A DNA stretch of 32,000 nucleotides from Candidatus Baldrarchaeota archaeon (GTDB lineage Archaea > Asgardarchaeota > Baldrarchaeia > Baldrarchaeales > DXJG01), in the NCBI GenBank assembly GCA_019056805.1, contig DXJG01000007.1:75513-107512 (forward strand), given 5' to 3'. The position numbers and the translations under genes were made by a program. Below are positions 1 through 9,552 of the stretch, piece after piece. The notes beneath the pieces were generated by a model that had not been told where the DNA came from, made no database searches, and saw nothing but the letters and a program-made list of their open reading frames with translations. The stretch's first letter is position 1; each line of letters starts with the position of its first letter.

Positions 1-2
1 GG

Positions 3-155
3 TTAATATGCAGTAGGTTAAGAATTTTGGGTTCAAAAGGTATTCTTAGGTTTAAGATAGTGGAATATAAGGTTACACTTAGCTACGGTCCTTGTTACGA
101 GCTTCAAGTCGAGGAACCCGTTGACAAATTTAATTACAAAGTTTTGTTTGTCTAA
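3..155 (+). CDS. possible 3' end of a gene entering from outside the window (unidentified)
   Basis: Frame 3 is open from base 3 to TAA at 153-155 (LICSRLRILGSKGILRFKIVEYKVTLSYGPCYELQVEEPVDKFNYKVLFV). No family recognised, so a chance open frame is not excluded. Confidence 0.3.
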   Translation, partial: LICSRLRILGSKGILRFKIVEYKVTLSYGPCYELQVEEPVDKFNYKVLFV

Positions 156-282
156 AAGCTGAAAAGTATCTTAATATGGAAGGGGGAGAATAAATGTAGA
201 GAACACATTTTAAATGAAAAACTAGTAAATTTGTGTATGGATACCAAAAATATATCATCGAGAGAGGAACTATAACTTATAA

Positions 283-2094
283 ATGGTGATGGCTTTGCTA
301 AGTTCAATTTTAGGCAGGAGTAAGTTAGAAGATATACTTGATTCTTTAATAGATACAGCTTTAGGAAAGAAAAAAGCCGACTTAGTTTTAAAAAACTGTT
401 CAATAATCGATGTATATAGCGGCGAGATTATAGAAAAGAGCAATATAGCTGTAAAGGATGACAGAATTGTTCTTATTGGAAATGTAGAACAATGTGTAGG
501 TGAAAATACTTTAACATTCGATTTAAATGGGAAATATGTAGCTCCAGGTTTTATTGATGCACATGTCCATATTGAAAGTAGTATGTTAACGCCTTCTCAG
601 TTTGCTAGTGCTGTTTTACCTAGGGGAACTACTTGTATTTTTGCAGATCCACATGAAATAGCAAATGTCCTGGGAGTAAAAGGTGTAAAACTATTTTTAG
701 AAGAAGCAAAAAATCTACCATTAAAAGTTCTTATATGTGCTCCGTCTTGTGTTCCAGCGGTCGGTGGAGAATTTGAGACAGCAGGAGCATATATTGGTCC
801 AAAAGAGATTGAAGAGCTTCTTTTAATGGATGGAGTAGTTGCATTGGCGGAAATGATGAATTATCCAGGGGTTTTATTCCGTGACAAAGAGGTTTTGGAG
901 AAGATACGTATATCGCATAGACTTGGTAAGCCTGTAGATGGTCATGCACCTGGATTACTGGATGAGAATTTGTGTGCATATATGTCTGCTGGAATAACTT
1001 CGTGTCACGAGTCTACTACTGAATTGGAGGGTGTTCAAAAACTTAGGTTAGGAATGTATCTAATGATAAGAGAAGGGTCGGCATGGAAGGATTTAGCTGA
1101 AGTTATAAAAGCAGTAACGAAACAGGGTCTAAATCATAGAAGAGCGGTTCTAGTTACTGATGATAGGCATCCCTCTGATCTAATTCGTGAAGGTCACATG
1201 GATCATGTGGTTAGGAGGGGTATAGAGGAGGGTTTGGATCCGGTAGCAGCTATACAAATGGCTACTTTAAATCCAGCTGAGAGATACGGTTTAGATCTAC
1301 ATATTGGTGGTATTGCTCCTCCAAGATATGCGGACTTGATTGTTTTAAGCGATTTAGAAAAGGTACATGTGGATATGGTTTTTGCTGATGGGAAACTAGT
1401 GGCTAAGGATGGAAAGCTTATAGTGGATGTTCCTAGGTTTGAATATCCTGATTGGGCTAAAAAGACTGTGAAAATAAAGGAATCGATTAGTGCTGATATG
1501 TTTGTAATAAAAGCTCCTATTGAAGAGGGAGTTGTGAAAACTAGGGTGATAGGTGTAATTAAGGGAAAAGCAACAACTAAACATCTTATAGTAGATGTAA
1601 ATGTTAAAGATTGGAAAATAAATGTAAGTACAGATGAAGATTTGGTTAAGATTGCGGTTATAGATAGGCACAAGGCAAGTGGAAGTATGGGACTAGGGTT
1701 AGTTAAGGGATTTGGAATAAAACAGGGTGGAGTTGCATCGACGATAGCTCATGATAGTCATAATTTGATAGTTTTAGGTGTTGATGAAAATGATATGGCT
1801 TTGGCAGCTAACAAAGTTGTAGATTCAAATGGAGGCATGGCTATAGCTAAAGATGGAAAAATCGTTGTGTCTGTTGAACTTCCGATTGCTGGCATAATTA
1901 CTGATGAAAACTTTGAAAACCTCTGCATAAAGGTTGAAAAATTTGAGGAAGCATGGAAAGAAATTGGATGCACCATAAGTGCTCCATTTATGACGATGTC
2001 ACTCCTAGCTTTACCAGTAATACCTGAGCTTAGAATAACTGATAAAGGCCTAATAGATGTAGTAAAATTCCAGAAAGTAAGCTTATTTGCTTAA
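283..2094 (+). CDS. ade: adenine deaminase (amidohydrolase superfamily)
   Basis: 603 aa with family motifs PGFIDAHVHIESSM, DPHEIANV, LAEMMNYPGV, DGHAPGL, REGS, TDDRHP, STIAHDSHN and MSLLALPVIPELRITDKGLIDV. The start could be ATG 283 or ATG 289. Confidence 0.95.
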   Translation: MVMALLSSILGRSKLEDILDSLIDTALGKKKADLVLKNCSIIDVYSGEIIEKSNIAVKDDRIVLIGNVEQCVGENTLTFDLNGKYVAPGFIDAHVHIESSMLTPSQFASAVLPRGTTCIFADPHEIANVLGVKGVKLFLEEAKNLPLKVLICAPSCVPAVGGEFETAGAYIGPKEIEELLLMDGVVALAEMMNYPGVLFRDKEVLEKIRISHRLGKPVDGHAPGLLDENLCAYMSAGITSCHESTTELEGVQKLRLGMYLMIREGSAWKDLAEVIKAVTKQGLNHRRAVLVTDDRHPSDLIREGHMDHVVRRGIEEGLDPVAAIQMATLNPAERYGLDLHIGGIAPPRYADLIVLSDLEKVHVDMVFADGKLVAKDGKLIVDVPRFEYPDWAKKTVKIKESISADMFVIKAPIEEGVVKTRVIGVIKGKATTKHLIVDVNVKDWKINVSTDEDLVKIAVIDRHKASGSMGLGLVKGFGIKQGGVASTIAHDSHNLIVLGVDENDMALAANKVVDSNGGMAIAKDGKIVVSVELPIAGIITDENFENLCIKVEKFEEAWKEIGCTISAPFMTMSLLALPVIPELRITDKGLIDVVKFQKVSLFA

Positions 2095-2188
2095 GATAAC
2101 TTAGGAAACGATAGAAGCAATATAATTAAAAAATGAGAAGGGATATTATTAGATTTCCTCTTCTTTTTGCTTAGGATATTTTTGTAGA

Positions 2189-2665
2189 TTAACCTCCTGG
2201 TGATCCGTGCGATACGGAATACTTCCATATCCAGTCCCAGAACTCTTCTTCTTTCAACATTTCAGGTTCAACAATGATTTTGTCTATTTTTAATAGCAGT
2301 TCATGATGTCGTTTTTCATCATCCACGATGTATTGCAGTATCATTTTAATTTTCTTGTCATCTATTTTTTCTAGGAGTTCTGAATATGTTTTAATTGCTT
2401 TCTTTTCGAGTTCTATATGTTCTTTGATTTGATTACCGATACGTTCTCTCTCTTCTTCGGATATGAATGGAGTTTCATGTTTTAAGCGTGCTACTATGGC
2501 TCGAAGCATATCGGCATGTTTTTGAGAATCTAGTCCGATACTTTGAAGCAAACTTTTTATTAATATGTTTTTTACGTTTTCTGTAACCTCTTTAACAAGT
2601 TTAACTATTTTTTCTTCAAGCTCTACTTGTTTATTAAGAACATCTTCAAATTCTTCTTTTTTCAT
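2189..2665 (-). CDS. ferritin-like / rubrerythrin-type four-helix-bundle protein
   Basis: Two-fold internal repeat of di-iron-type motifs (ELEEK...DSQKH; ELEKKA...DDEKRHH). Start moved from the ORF-track GTG at 2689 to ATG 2665, which has AAGGGGGA upstream. 158 aa, ending HGSPGG. Confidence 0.8.
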   Translation of the reverse strand: MKKEEFEDVLNKQVELEEKIVKLVKEVTENVKNILIKSLLQSIGLDSQKHADMLRAIVARLKHETPFISEEERERIGNQIKEHIELEKKAIKTYSELLEKIDDKKIKMILQYIVDDEKRHHELLLKIDKIIVEPEMLKEEEFWDWIWKYSVSHGSPGG

Positions 2666-2748
2666 AATATTGTCCCCCTTCCTATACACTATTAATTTAT
2701 TTATTAGTTAAATTAAAGTTTATTATCATAGAAAACGAATCATGCTCT

Positions 2749-3411
2749 TTACTTCTTTACTTTTCCGGTTTTTACTTCAATTTTAGGGCAGAACTTTTCT
2801 ATGGGACACGTGTTGCATAATGGTTTTACTGGTTTGCATATGTGTTGTCCAAATGACACTAGTAGTTCGTTTATTTCTTTCCAATGTTTTATTGGTAGCT
2901 TTTTTCGCAGTTCCATTTCTGTTTCTTCCGGAGTTTTTGTTTTTACGTAGCCCCATCTATTTGTTATTCTATGCACATGAGTATCAACACAAATACCTAA
3001 TTTATCAAATCCCAAAACTAAGACCAGGTTTGCAGTTTTTCTCCCGACGTCTTTGAGCTTTAATAATTCTTCCATGGAATCTGGAACTTTACCATTGTAT
3101 TTTTCTATTAGTTCTTTGCAGACTTGAATAATTGCTTTTGCCTTGTTTCTGTAAAATCCTACGGGATAAATTAGCTCAGAAATTTTCTCCTCTCCCAGTT
3201 TTAACATGTCATATGGATTATCAGCCGCGCTAAACAGTTTTCGAGAAGCTACGATCGTTACTTCGTCCTTTGTTCTTGCACTTAGAATTGTGGCAATAAG
3301 AACTTTGAAGGGATCTCTGTCTGCAACGACGGATACGGCTGGTTTTTCAAATTTAGAAACGGTTTTACTAATAATATTCAATACTTCTGATATATTTGAG
3401 TTGTCAATCAA
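2749..3411 (-). CDS. nth: endonuclease III (HhH-GPD DNA glycosylase/AP lyase with 4Fe-4S cluster)
   Basis: [21 protein letters not shown], Hh[14 protein letters not shown] with the catalytic Lys, VDTHVHRI, and C-x6-C-x2-C-x5-C ([17 protein letters not shown], 2788-2838). TTG start. Confidence 0.95.
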   Translation of the reverse strand: MIDNSNISEVLNIISKTVSKFEKPAVSVVADRDPFKVLIATILSARTKDEVTIVASRKLFSAADNPYDMLKLGEEKISELIYPVGFYRNKAKAIIQVCKELIEKYNGKVPDSMEELLKLKDVGRKTANLVLVLGFDKLGICVDTHVHRITNRWGYVKTKTPEETEMELRKKLPIKHWKEINELLVSFGQHICKPVKPLCNTCPIEKFCPKIEVKTGKVKK

Positions 3412-3441
3412 AACAAATCACCAAGACGGTTAATTTGTAAA

Positions 3442-5979
3442 TTATTGTGGTTTTTCGATAAGCTTTACATATTGTTCAGCTATTTCTGCGGCTTCTTTGA
3501 AGTTCCAGACTCTTGCTAATCTAACTATACCTCTAAGTTTGTGTATTAAGGAATCTAACCATCGGAAGAGATCTCCTGGATAAACGTATAGTTCATATTC
3601 TTTTTGAAGGCGTGATGCTATTTCTCGTAACTTTAGTTTTTCTTCTAATCTTAGTTTTACTATCTTTTTGCAGAGGTTTATTATTCCGTGTTCGCAGAAC
3701 GGACTTTCTTTACATTTGCAGTTGAAGAATTCAAGTGACCATTTCGCAAATAGTTCGAGAATCCACTTAGGTAACTTAGGCATGCTTTCTCTCGTAGAGA
3801 CGTCCATTATGTCGAGGATAGCGTCTGAGAAAAGTTTTGACGAGAAACGTATGTTAAATGCTGTTTCAAGTTCTCTTTGCACCTTTGAAGAAACGTAGAT
3901 TTGAGTAAACGGTTCTAGGAGAATTGCTACTTCAAGAACATCTATACCATCCTTAAGATATTTTCTCGTTATTTTTACCTCAGATAGTTTGTAGAAGGAT
4001 GTTGCAGTAGCTCTTCCCAAGGGAGTTATCATAATTTTACCATTATTTATCGCTATCATTTCAGCTTTGACTAGAGTTTCGAGGACATGATCTAAATTTT
4101 CAGATGCTCCTAGTAACATGTTATAATAATGTTTTAAATCATCGAAAAGTACTTCTCCTTCTGCTGATATGTAAGCAAGAACTTGGTCAGCGCATCCTTC
4201 AATATCGTAGGAAACTTCAACTGGTTCTAAATTTCCTTCAAGCAGTTTTATTGCTACCGAATCTTCTGTTTCCTCGACAGTTCCTCCATATTTCTTTCCA
4301 GGTTCAACTAGGATAACTACACGTCCTCTATCATGTTTTCCTAAGCGTCCTGCTCTTCCAGCCATGTTTTCAAACATGCTTTTAGTGATGAAATTAATAC
4401 CTTGAGCTAGAGATTCAAAGACAACCATGCTTGCAGGTGCATCAAAACCTGCGCCTAGAGCATAAGTTGTAGTGACTGCTTGATAAAAACCGTTTTCGAA
4501 ACCTAGTTCTATCATCTTTCTTCTCGGATAGGTGAGTCCAGCGTGATAAGTAGCTACTCTTAGGCCTCTTTTGTTTAGCCAACTGCTAATTTGATGAGCT
4601 CTTCTCCTAGAGTTAGTGAAAATTATTGTTTGTCCTCTGAATCCATGGCTGCTTATTGTTTCCCATTCTTGTTTTATTATGTTCTCTATTGCTCTAAGCT
4701 TATCTTTCTCGGATAAGCAGATGACTAGGTGTCGTTCAAGGGGCACAGGTCGTTCAGAATATTTTACAAGTTCTAAGTTAAGGTTTTTAGCAAGTTCTTC
4801 GGGGTTTCCAACACTTGCTGATAAAGCAATTATTTGACATTTTGGAAATAGGGATCGAATTCTTGTGATGAGACCGTCTAGTTCTGGTCCTCTTTCCTCG
4901 TCTCCAAGGCTTTGAATTTCATCTACTATAACTACACCTATGTCTCCTAGGTCGCTGTATCGACCTGATCTTATGAGGAAATCTAATCCTTCGTATGTTC
5001 CAACGATGATATCTGCGTTTTTAACGTCTTCATCAACTATTACTAGTTCTTCGTCACCTACATCTATTCTACTCATTCCAACTCTTATTGCTACTCTTAA
5101 TCCAAGTTTTGAATATCTTGCTTTGAATGTTTCATATTTTTGATTTGCAAGAGCTACAAGATTGCATAGGTACAGCATTTTCCTGCCATTTAGTGCAGCA
5201 AGGACGCCTGGAAGTTCACCTATAAGTGTTTTACCTGTGGAAGTTGCAGAAGCAACGAGAATACTTTTCCCTTTCAATAATCCGCTTCTTATTGCCTTAA
5301 CCTGTATTGGTAATAGTTCATGTATTCCATGTTCTTTCAAAACCTTTTTCAGGATCCCCGGTATTTCAAGGTCATCTACCGTTAATCGTTCTGTAACTTC
5401 GTATTTAGCTTCTTTTTTGTCGAAAAGTGTAAGTTCTGGATTTACGTAAATGTTCATTCCAGTCGCTAAATGTCCCAGAAGTTTATCAACACTTCTAACT
5501 TTTCGAAGTAGTGCAAAAAGTCTCTCGGAAATTACATCAGAAACATATATGCCCCTGAATTTTAATTCTCGTATCAATTCATCCTTTGCACATTTGAAAC
5601 AAACATTTTTTTCCTGAGCTTCAAAGAGTTCGGATTCAGCTTCGAGAACTGTAACTTTTCCTTCTATTTCACAAAATGGGCAAAGTCTCACTACATGAAT
5701 CTTATTGTCGCGTATGTTATATGCTTTGAACATGTCATAAAGCATGTTTCTTATCGAATTTTGAATGTTTTCAGAAATCAAAACTTTGCTTGAATATCGT
5801 AAAATTTTTATGAAATCTTCTGGGGGATAGGCTTCTAATCTCCCCTTAACTTCTAATAAGAGTCTTCGTGGCCGAAGAAATTTATCATTTTTAAAATATA
5901 TTTGAAGCCTGCCCCTGTAATCAGGTCTATTATATTTTGCCTTTTTACCACTAACAAAAACACCTATCGTAAATTCCAT
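3442..5979 (-). CDS. archaeal superfamily II (Ski2-like, DExH-type) helicase with N-terminal Cys-containing domain (COG1202/DUF5814-like)
   Basis: Q motif LLPIQ, Walker A ATSTGKT, LVALANQKY, motif II VDEIQ, LSASVGNP, FTNSRRR, YHAGL, motif VI MAGRAGR; N-terminal CPFC...CFKC and C-terminal CKCKESPFC. Start moved to ATG 5979, which has AAGGAG upstream (845 aa). Confidence 0.9.
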   Translation of the reverse strand: MEFTIGVFVSGKKAKYNRPDYRGRLQIYFKNDKFLRPRRLLLEVKGRLEAYPPEDFIKILRYSSKVLISENIQNSIRNMLYDMFKAYNIRDNKIHVVRLCPFCEIEGKVTVLEAESELFEAQEKNVCFKCAKDELIRELKFRGIYVSDVISERLFALLRKVRSVDKLLGHLATGMNIYVNPELTLFDKKEAKYEVTERLTVDDLEIPGILKKVLKEHGIHELLPIQVKAIRSGLLKGKSILVASATSTGKTLIGELPGVLAALNGRKMLYLCNLVALANQKYETFKARYSKLGLRVAIRVGMSRIDVGDEELVIVDEDVKNADIIVGTYEGLDFLIRSGRYSDLGDIGVVIVDEIQSLGDEERGPELDGLITRIRSLFPKCQIIALSASVGNPEELAKNLNLELVKYSERPVPLERHLVICLSEKDKLRAIENIIKQEWETISSHGFRGQTIIFTNSRRRAHQISSWLNKRGLRVATYHAGLTYPRRKMIELGFENGFYQAVTTTYALGAGFDAPASMVVFESLAQGINFITKSMFENMAGRAGRLGKHDRGRVVILVEPGKKYGGTVEETEDSVAIKLLEGNLEPVEVSYDIEGCADQVLAYISAEGEVLFDDLKHYYNMLLGASENLDHVLETLVKAEMIAINNGKIMITPLGRATATSFYKLSEVKITRKYLKDGIDVLEVAILLEPFTQIYVSSKVQRELETAFNIRFSSKLFSDAILDIMDVSTRESMPKLPKWILELFAKWSLEFFNCKCKESPFCEHGIINLCKKIVKLRLEEKLKLREIASRLQKEYELYVYPGDLFRWLDSLIHKLRGIVRLARVWNFKEAAEIAEQYVKLIEKPQ

Positions 5980-6237
5980 TTTCTTCTCCTTGTAATTCCA
6001 GAATAACAAAGTACAGTTGCTAAACATCCCTATACCTACCTTTTATTGAAATAAACGATTACACTAAAAGGGTTTATGAATTTTCTCATTATAAATGTCG
6101 CTGGAAATTTCTAGGAACCAAAACCATTATAATTAAAATTAACAAAACCCAGATAACCTATATAAAAAATAAAGGGTAGTTTAGGGGGGATTTCTGCAAC
6201 ACTTGCAACTTAGACATAACTTACATTTATGTAAGCA

Positions 6238-9200
6238 TTATTGAAGTTTACACCTTTCTCTTCCTTTAAAGACCACGATCAATAAACCTATAATTGCAAC
6301 TGTTGCTACTCCTGCGCATAGTATGATTGTAAGTATTGGTCTTTCCGGTGCAAGTTTAATCTTTATTGTTTTTGTTCCATTTAGGTAGAAGACTTCAGTG
6401 GTGGCTATCTTATAGCCACTTGCATTCACTTTCACATAGTATTCACCTTCGTGTAAAAAGAATGTTACACAGCCTGTTGCGTTTGTTTTACCGGTTTGTG
6501 CAAGTGTACCGTCGGAAAAATAGACTTCTACCGTTGCATTTTCAATTACACTGCCATAGACGTAAACATTCAGCTGATAAAGAGTTTTGAATTCCCCTGA
6601 AAGCGTGGTATTGTATAAAATTGTACCCGAATGAACTTCTTCGAAAATCATTTCACCCTTACTTAGCACTGTGATTGTAAGCGTGTAATTGGTTTCATAT
6701 TCTTCTTCTGTTAAAATCCCTGCATCCACTACCCAAGTGAAATTTTTAACCTCCGCCGGGAAGTATATCAAAATTGTATTGTTCCCCAATTCCACATAAC
6801 TTGCATTCGGGATACCGACTTCTATGGGAGGCTTTAAAGACGCATTATAACCTATGTGATTACCAGAAGAATCGTAAACATGTAGATAAAGCGGTAGAAG
6901 CGATTGCAACCGAACAATCATAATATTAGTTCTCAGAATCGCAGGAGTTAAATAAGCACATACAAAATCGTCCCACAAGGTATTACGCGCAAAACTAGTA
7001 TCATTGTACCTTCCGTCATAAGCGTGTTGAATTTTCTCGAAATAAATAGTTAAACCATGAAAATCTGACCGTGTCCAAGGTTCGCCAGCCTGTGGCGAAA
7101 TATCATTCCAATTTATTACTATAGCGCTAATATTGGTCATTACATTCATAGCACAGTCTCTAATATCTGCATCAGTAATCCTATTGTGAATTTGGTTTGC
7201 AAAGCTATAGAGATCGATGTATTCAGGTCTAAGATAAGCTTCTTGTGTATTTAATCTTGCATTTATTATCTCAGTTTCGTAGGTATCAAGGTTTGCTAAT
7301 AGTTCGAAAACAAGTGCATCCAGAGCATTAACTAAGTTGTCTATTTGAGAAAGATCAATTCCTGCAAGCGTCTCAGGATACATACGAGGTCTATTATCAT
7401 AGTATAGTCTATAATTATCTATAATTGTTTCAACTAGTTCTCGCTTAGTCATGAGAGGATTGTCTGTCAAATCTGAAAGTATCCAACCGTAGGGCCAACT
7501 GTCAAGTGGAATAGGTTGTTCAGAAGCAACAAGGTATTCCGCGTAATCTTTTACCACATAAGCAACTTCAAGCATTGCCATTAAACATGCATCAAACCCA
7601 ATAATGTCAAGTTTTTGACTTTGCAAACCCGCATCCGAAAGCGCGCTATCTAATTCGTCTAAAGTTAATATGTCAAGTGTTCGCCATGTACCATTGATGT
7701 TATCACGTTCTGACATACTTCCCTTATAGCCGCCACCATGATTATCTAAAACAAGTATGTAATGTCCTGCAGGGTATTCCTCCATAGTCCACTTAATAAA
7801 CATCTCTAAAGTTTCGTCGTCAGCTAGATTCAACTCTGCAGGTATCCAGCCCTCCACAGTTCTTTCAACTACTTCGTTCTCTCTTACATAATATAGATTT
7901 GTGACTGTTGTCGAATTTCTATCAGTCAGGGTAACTACATTTATTAAAGCTGTCGAACCTATCGACTTTATCTCATTAAGATTATTTTCTGCAATAGCCT
8001 CCTCTAAATCGTTGTCTGCTTGTTGGTAGGCGAAGAATGTCCATTCTGCAAGTGGTAGGGTTGGGCTACCTGTCTTAGCTGCAACTGCTACCTCGCCGAT
8101 ATAATATCCTGTAACGTCTGGAATTTCGCTAGGAGAGCTCCAAGCGGTGCCGTTAAATACTGAAAATTTTACTGTTGTGTTAATCCAGCATGCAAGTGTT
8201 AGATTATGAGCTAAATATGCAACACTTGGATAATCACCTTGCGCTATGTATGTACATGTTGACCAATTACCATTTTCTTCTAGATTGTAGTAAATGCCTT
8301 CAGTTGCTACATCATGTACCATAATTCCTCCATTACTTTCATTAAATGCTATCCTAGCTCTATGCACAGCATCTGTATGCGTACATACCGAAGTAGTTGT
8401 CCAATCACTTCCATTCCACTTCGCAGAATATACTAGTCCATTGAGACCCCAAACAACCTTTGTGTTCCCTAATTTATCTGAAGAAAGATCAGCAGCCCCA
8501 ACACTATAAGTTGTTGAATAAGAACCGGGAACCGTATCTTGAGCACTAAAACTGCTACCATCCCATATCGCATAACGAATTTCCCCTTCATAAGTGCCGG
8601 TGGCGGAGTCAACATGAGTATAGGTCCAAACAAGTATTGCTTTGTGCCTTGTTAAAGGTGAAGTCGCGTTAGATTCATGTGTAGTAAATGTAAGTTCGGG
8701 CTCAGATGCGGAATAATCGTTATCTGTAACAAGTGGGGCATCATAGAGACAAATTGGTTCACTCCAAGTAGTGCCGTCCCAAGTTGAGTAGTATAAGTCT
8801 GTACCAGAGTAATACTCTGTTTCTGTTGAGTAGTACCAGTTTGCTTGCCAAGCAGCAATTGCTTTGCCGTTTACGTCAATTGCAATTGTAGGGCATTGAA
8901 GCCCTGTAAGGACTTTTGGAGAAGGTAAACCGTGTTCTGGTAATGTACCAATGCTCCAACTATGGGTGTTGCTGTCCCATTTTGCGTACATGATTCTGAA
9001 GGGGCCTTCTGGTCCACCTATATAACTCCAAACTACGATAATTCCTCCGGCTCTTCCGAAAGCAACGTCGGGATGTGAGTTTTTGTCATGAATGAAGAGT
9101 GGGGAAGCAGGTATATCGGGGTCTGTGCCGTTCCACCATTTCCATGTCAGTTGTTCGTTGCGTGCGGGTATGCTTGGCTCATGGCCATACATGGAGTACC

Positions 9201-9438
9201 ATATTTCGTAGTTTTCGCTCGTTGAGCTTTCTCTTCTGACCCATACTGCGATTGCATCTATGCTTGGCTTATCTACTGCTTGTTTACTAGGTATATTAGA
9301 CACTGTCACTGTGGATTCGTTTGGTTTAGAACTAGTTTTTACTGTTGTGGGAAGTGATGCCATTTGCGCTAGAAACAGTATAATTAAGAGCGTGGCAACA
9401 CATTTACTATATCGTGTTAACTTTTTCAAGTTAATCAC
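6238..9438 (-). CDS. secreted, C-terminally membrane-anchored protein: repeat/beta-propeller region + clostripain-family (C11) cysteine peptidase + C-terminal beta-sandwich domains
   Basis: Basic then hydrophobic N-terminus (signal peptide); WTFFAYQQADNDLE domain start; catalytic dyad motifs DNHGGG (His567, 7738-7740) and GFDACLM (Cys618, 7585-7587); C-terminal hydrophobic helix ILTIILCAGVATVAIIGLLIVVF followed by a basic tail; many N-x-S/T sequons. Confidence 0.85.
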   Translation of the reverse strand: MINLKKLTRYSKCVATLLIILFLAQMASLPTTVKTSSKPNESTVTVSNIPSKQAVDKPSIDAIAVWVRRESSTSENYEIWYSMYGHEPSIPARNEQLTWKWWNGTDPDIPASPLFIHDKNSHPDVAFGRAGGIIVVWSYIGGPEGPFRIMYAKWDSNTHSWSIGTLPEHGLPSPKVLTGLQCPTIAIDVNGKAIAAWQANWYYSTETEYYSGTDLYYSTWDGTTWSEPICLYDAPLVTDNDYSASEPELTFTTHESNATSPLTRHKAILVWTYTHVDSATGTYEGEIRYAIWDGSSFSAQDTVPGSYSTTYSVGAADLSSDKLGNTKVVWGLNGLVYSAKWNGSDWTTTSVCTHTDAVHRARIAFNESNGGIMVHDVATEGIYYNLEENGNWSTCTYIAQGDYPSVAYLAHNLTLACWINTTVKFSVFNGTAWSSPSEIPDVTGYYIGEVAVAAKTGSPTLPLAEWTFFAYQQADNDLEEAIAENNLNEIKSIGSTALINVVTLTDRNSTTVTNLYYVRENEVVERTVEGWIPAELNLADDETLEMFIKWTMEEYPAGHYILVLDNHGGGYKGSMSERDNINGTWRTLDILTLDELDSALSDAGLQSQKLDIIGFDACLMAMLEVAYVVKDYAEYLVASEQPIPLDSWPYGWILSDLTDNPLMTKRELVETIIDNYRLYYDNRPRMYPETLAGIDLSQIDNLVNALDALVFELLANLDTYETEIINARLNTQEAYLRPEYIDLYSFANQIHNRITDADIRDCAMNVMTNISAIVINWNDISPQAGEPWTRSDFHGLTIYFEKIQHAYDGRYNDTSFARNTLWDDFVCAYLTPAILRTNIMIVRLQSLLPLYLHVYDSSGNHIGYNASLKPPIEVGIPNASYVELGNNTILIYFPAEVKNFTWVVDAGILTEEEYETNYTLTITVLSKGEMIFEEVHSGTILYNTTLSGEFKTLYQLNVYVYGSVIENATVEVYFSDGTLAQTGKTNATGCVTFFLHEGEYYVKVNASGYKIATTEVFYLNGTKTIKIKLAPERPILTIILCAGVATVAIIGLLIVVFKGRERCKLQ
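8074..9267 (-). repeat. about seven degenerate protein-level repeats (probable beta-propeller blades) within the C11 peptidase gene
   Basis: Recurring P-x-[IV]-A...G-x-x-x-x-[VA]-W ... Y-[AS]-x-W-[DN]-G-x-x-W units: WWNGTD, KWDSNTHSW, TWDGTTWSEP, IWDGSSFS, KWNGSDWT, EENGNWS, VFNGTAWSSP. Confidence 0.65.
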
Positions 9439-9552
9439 GAGTTTTTATCAATATATTCGGTATATTTTGTATATATAATTTTTGAATATTATCGAGAATC
9501 ATATATATTATATTTATGTTATGTTGTATTTTTCACTGTAAACTTGTTAGAT

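Noticed and set aside
176-199. Mini-ORF MEGGE followed by ATG-TAG start-stop with a G-rich RBS-like sequence upstream of ade
   Set aside because: Too short to distinguish from chance, and about 85 nt from the ade start with no other support.
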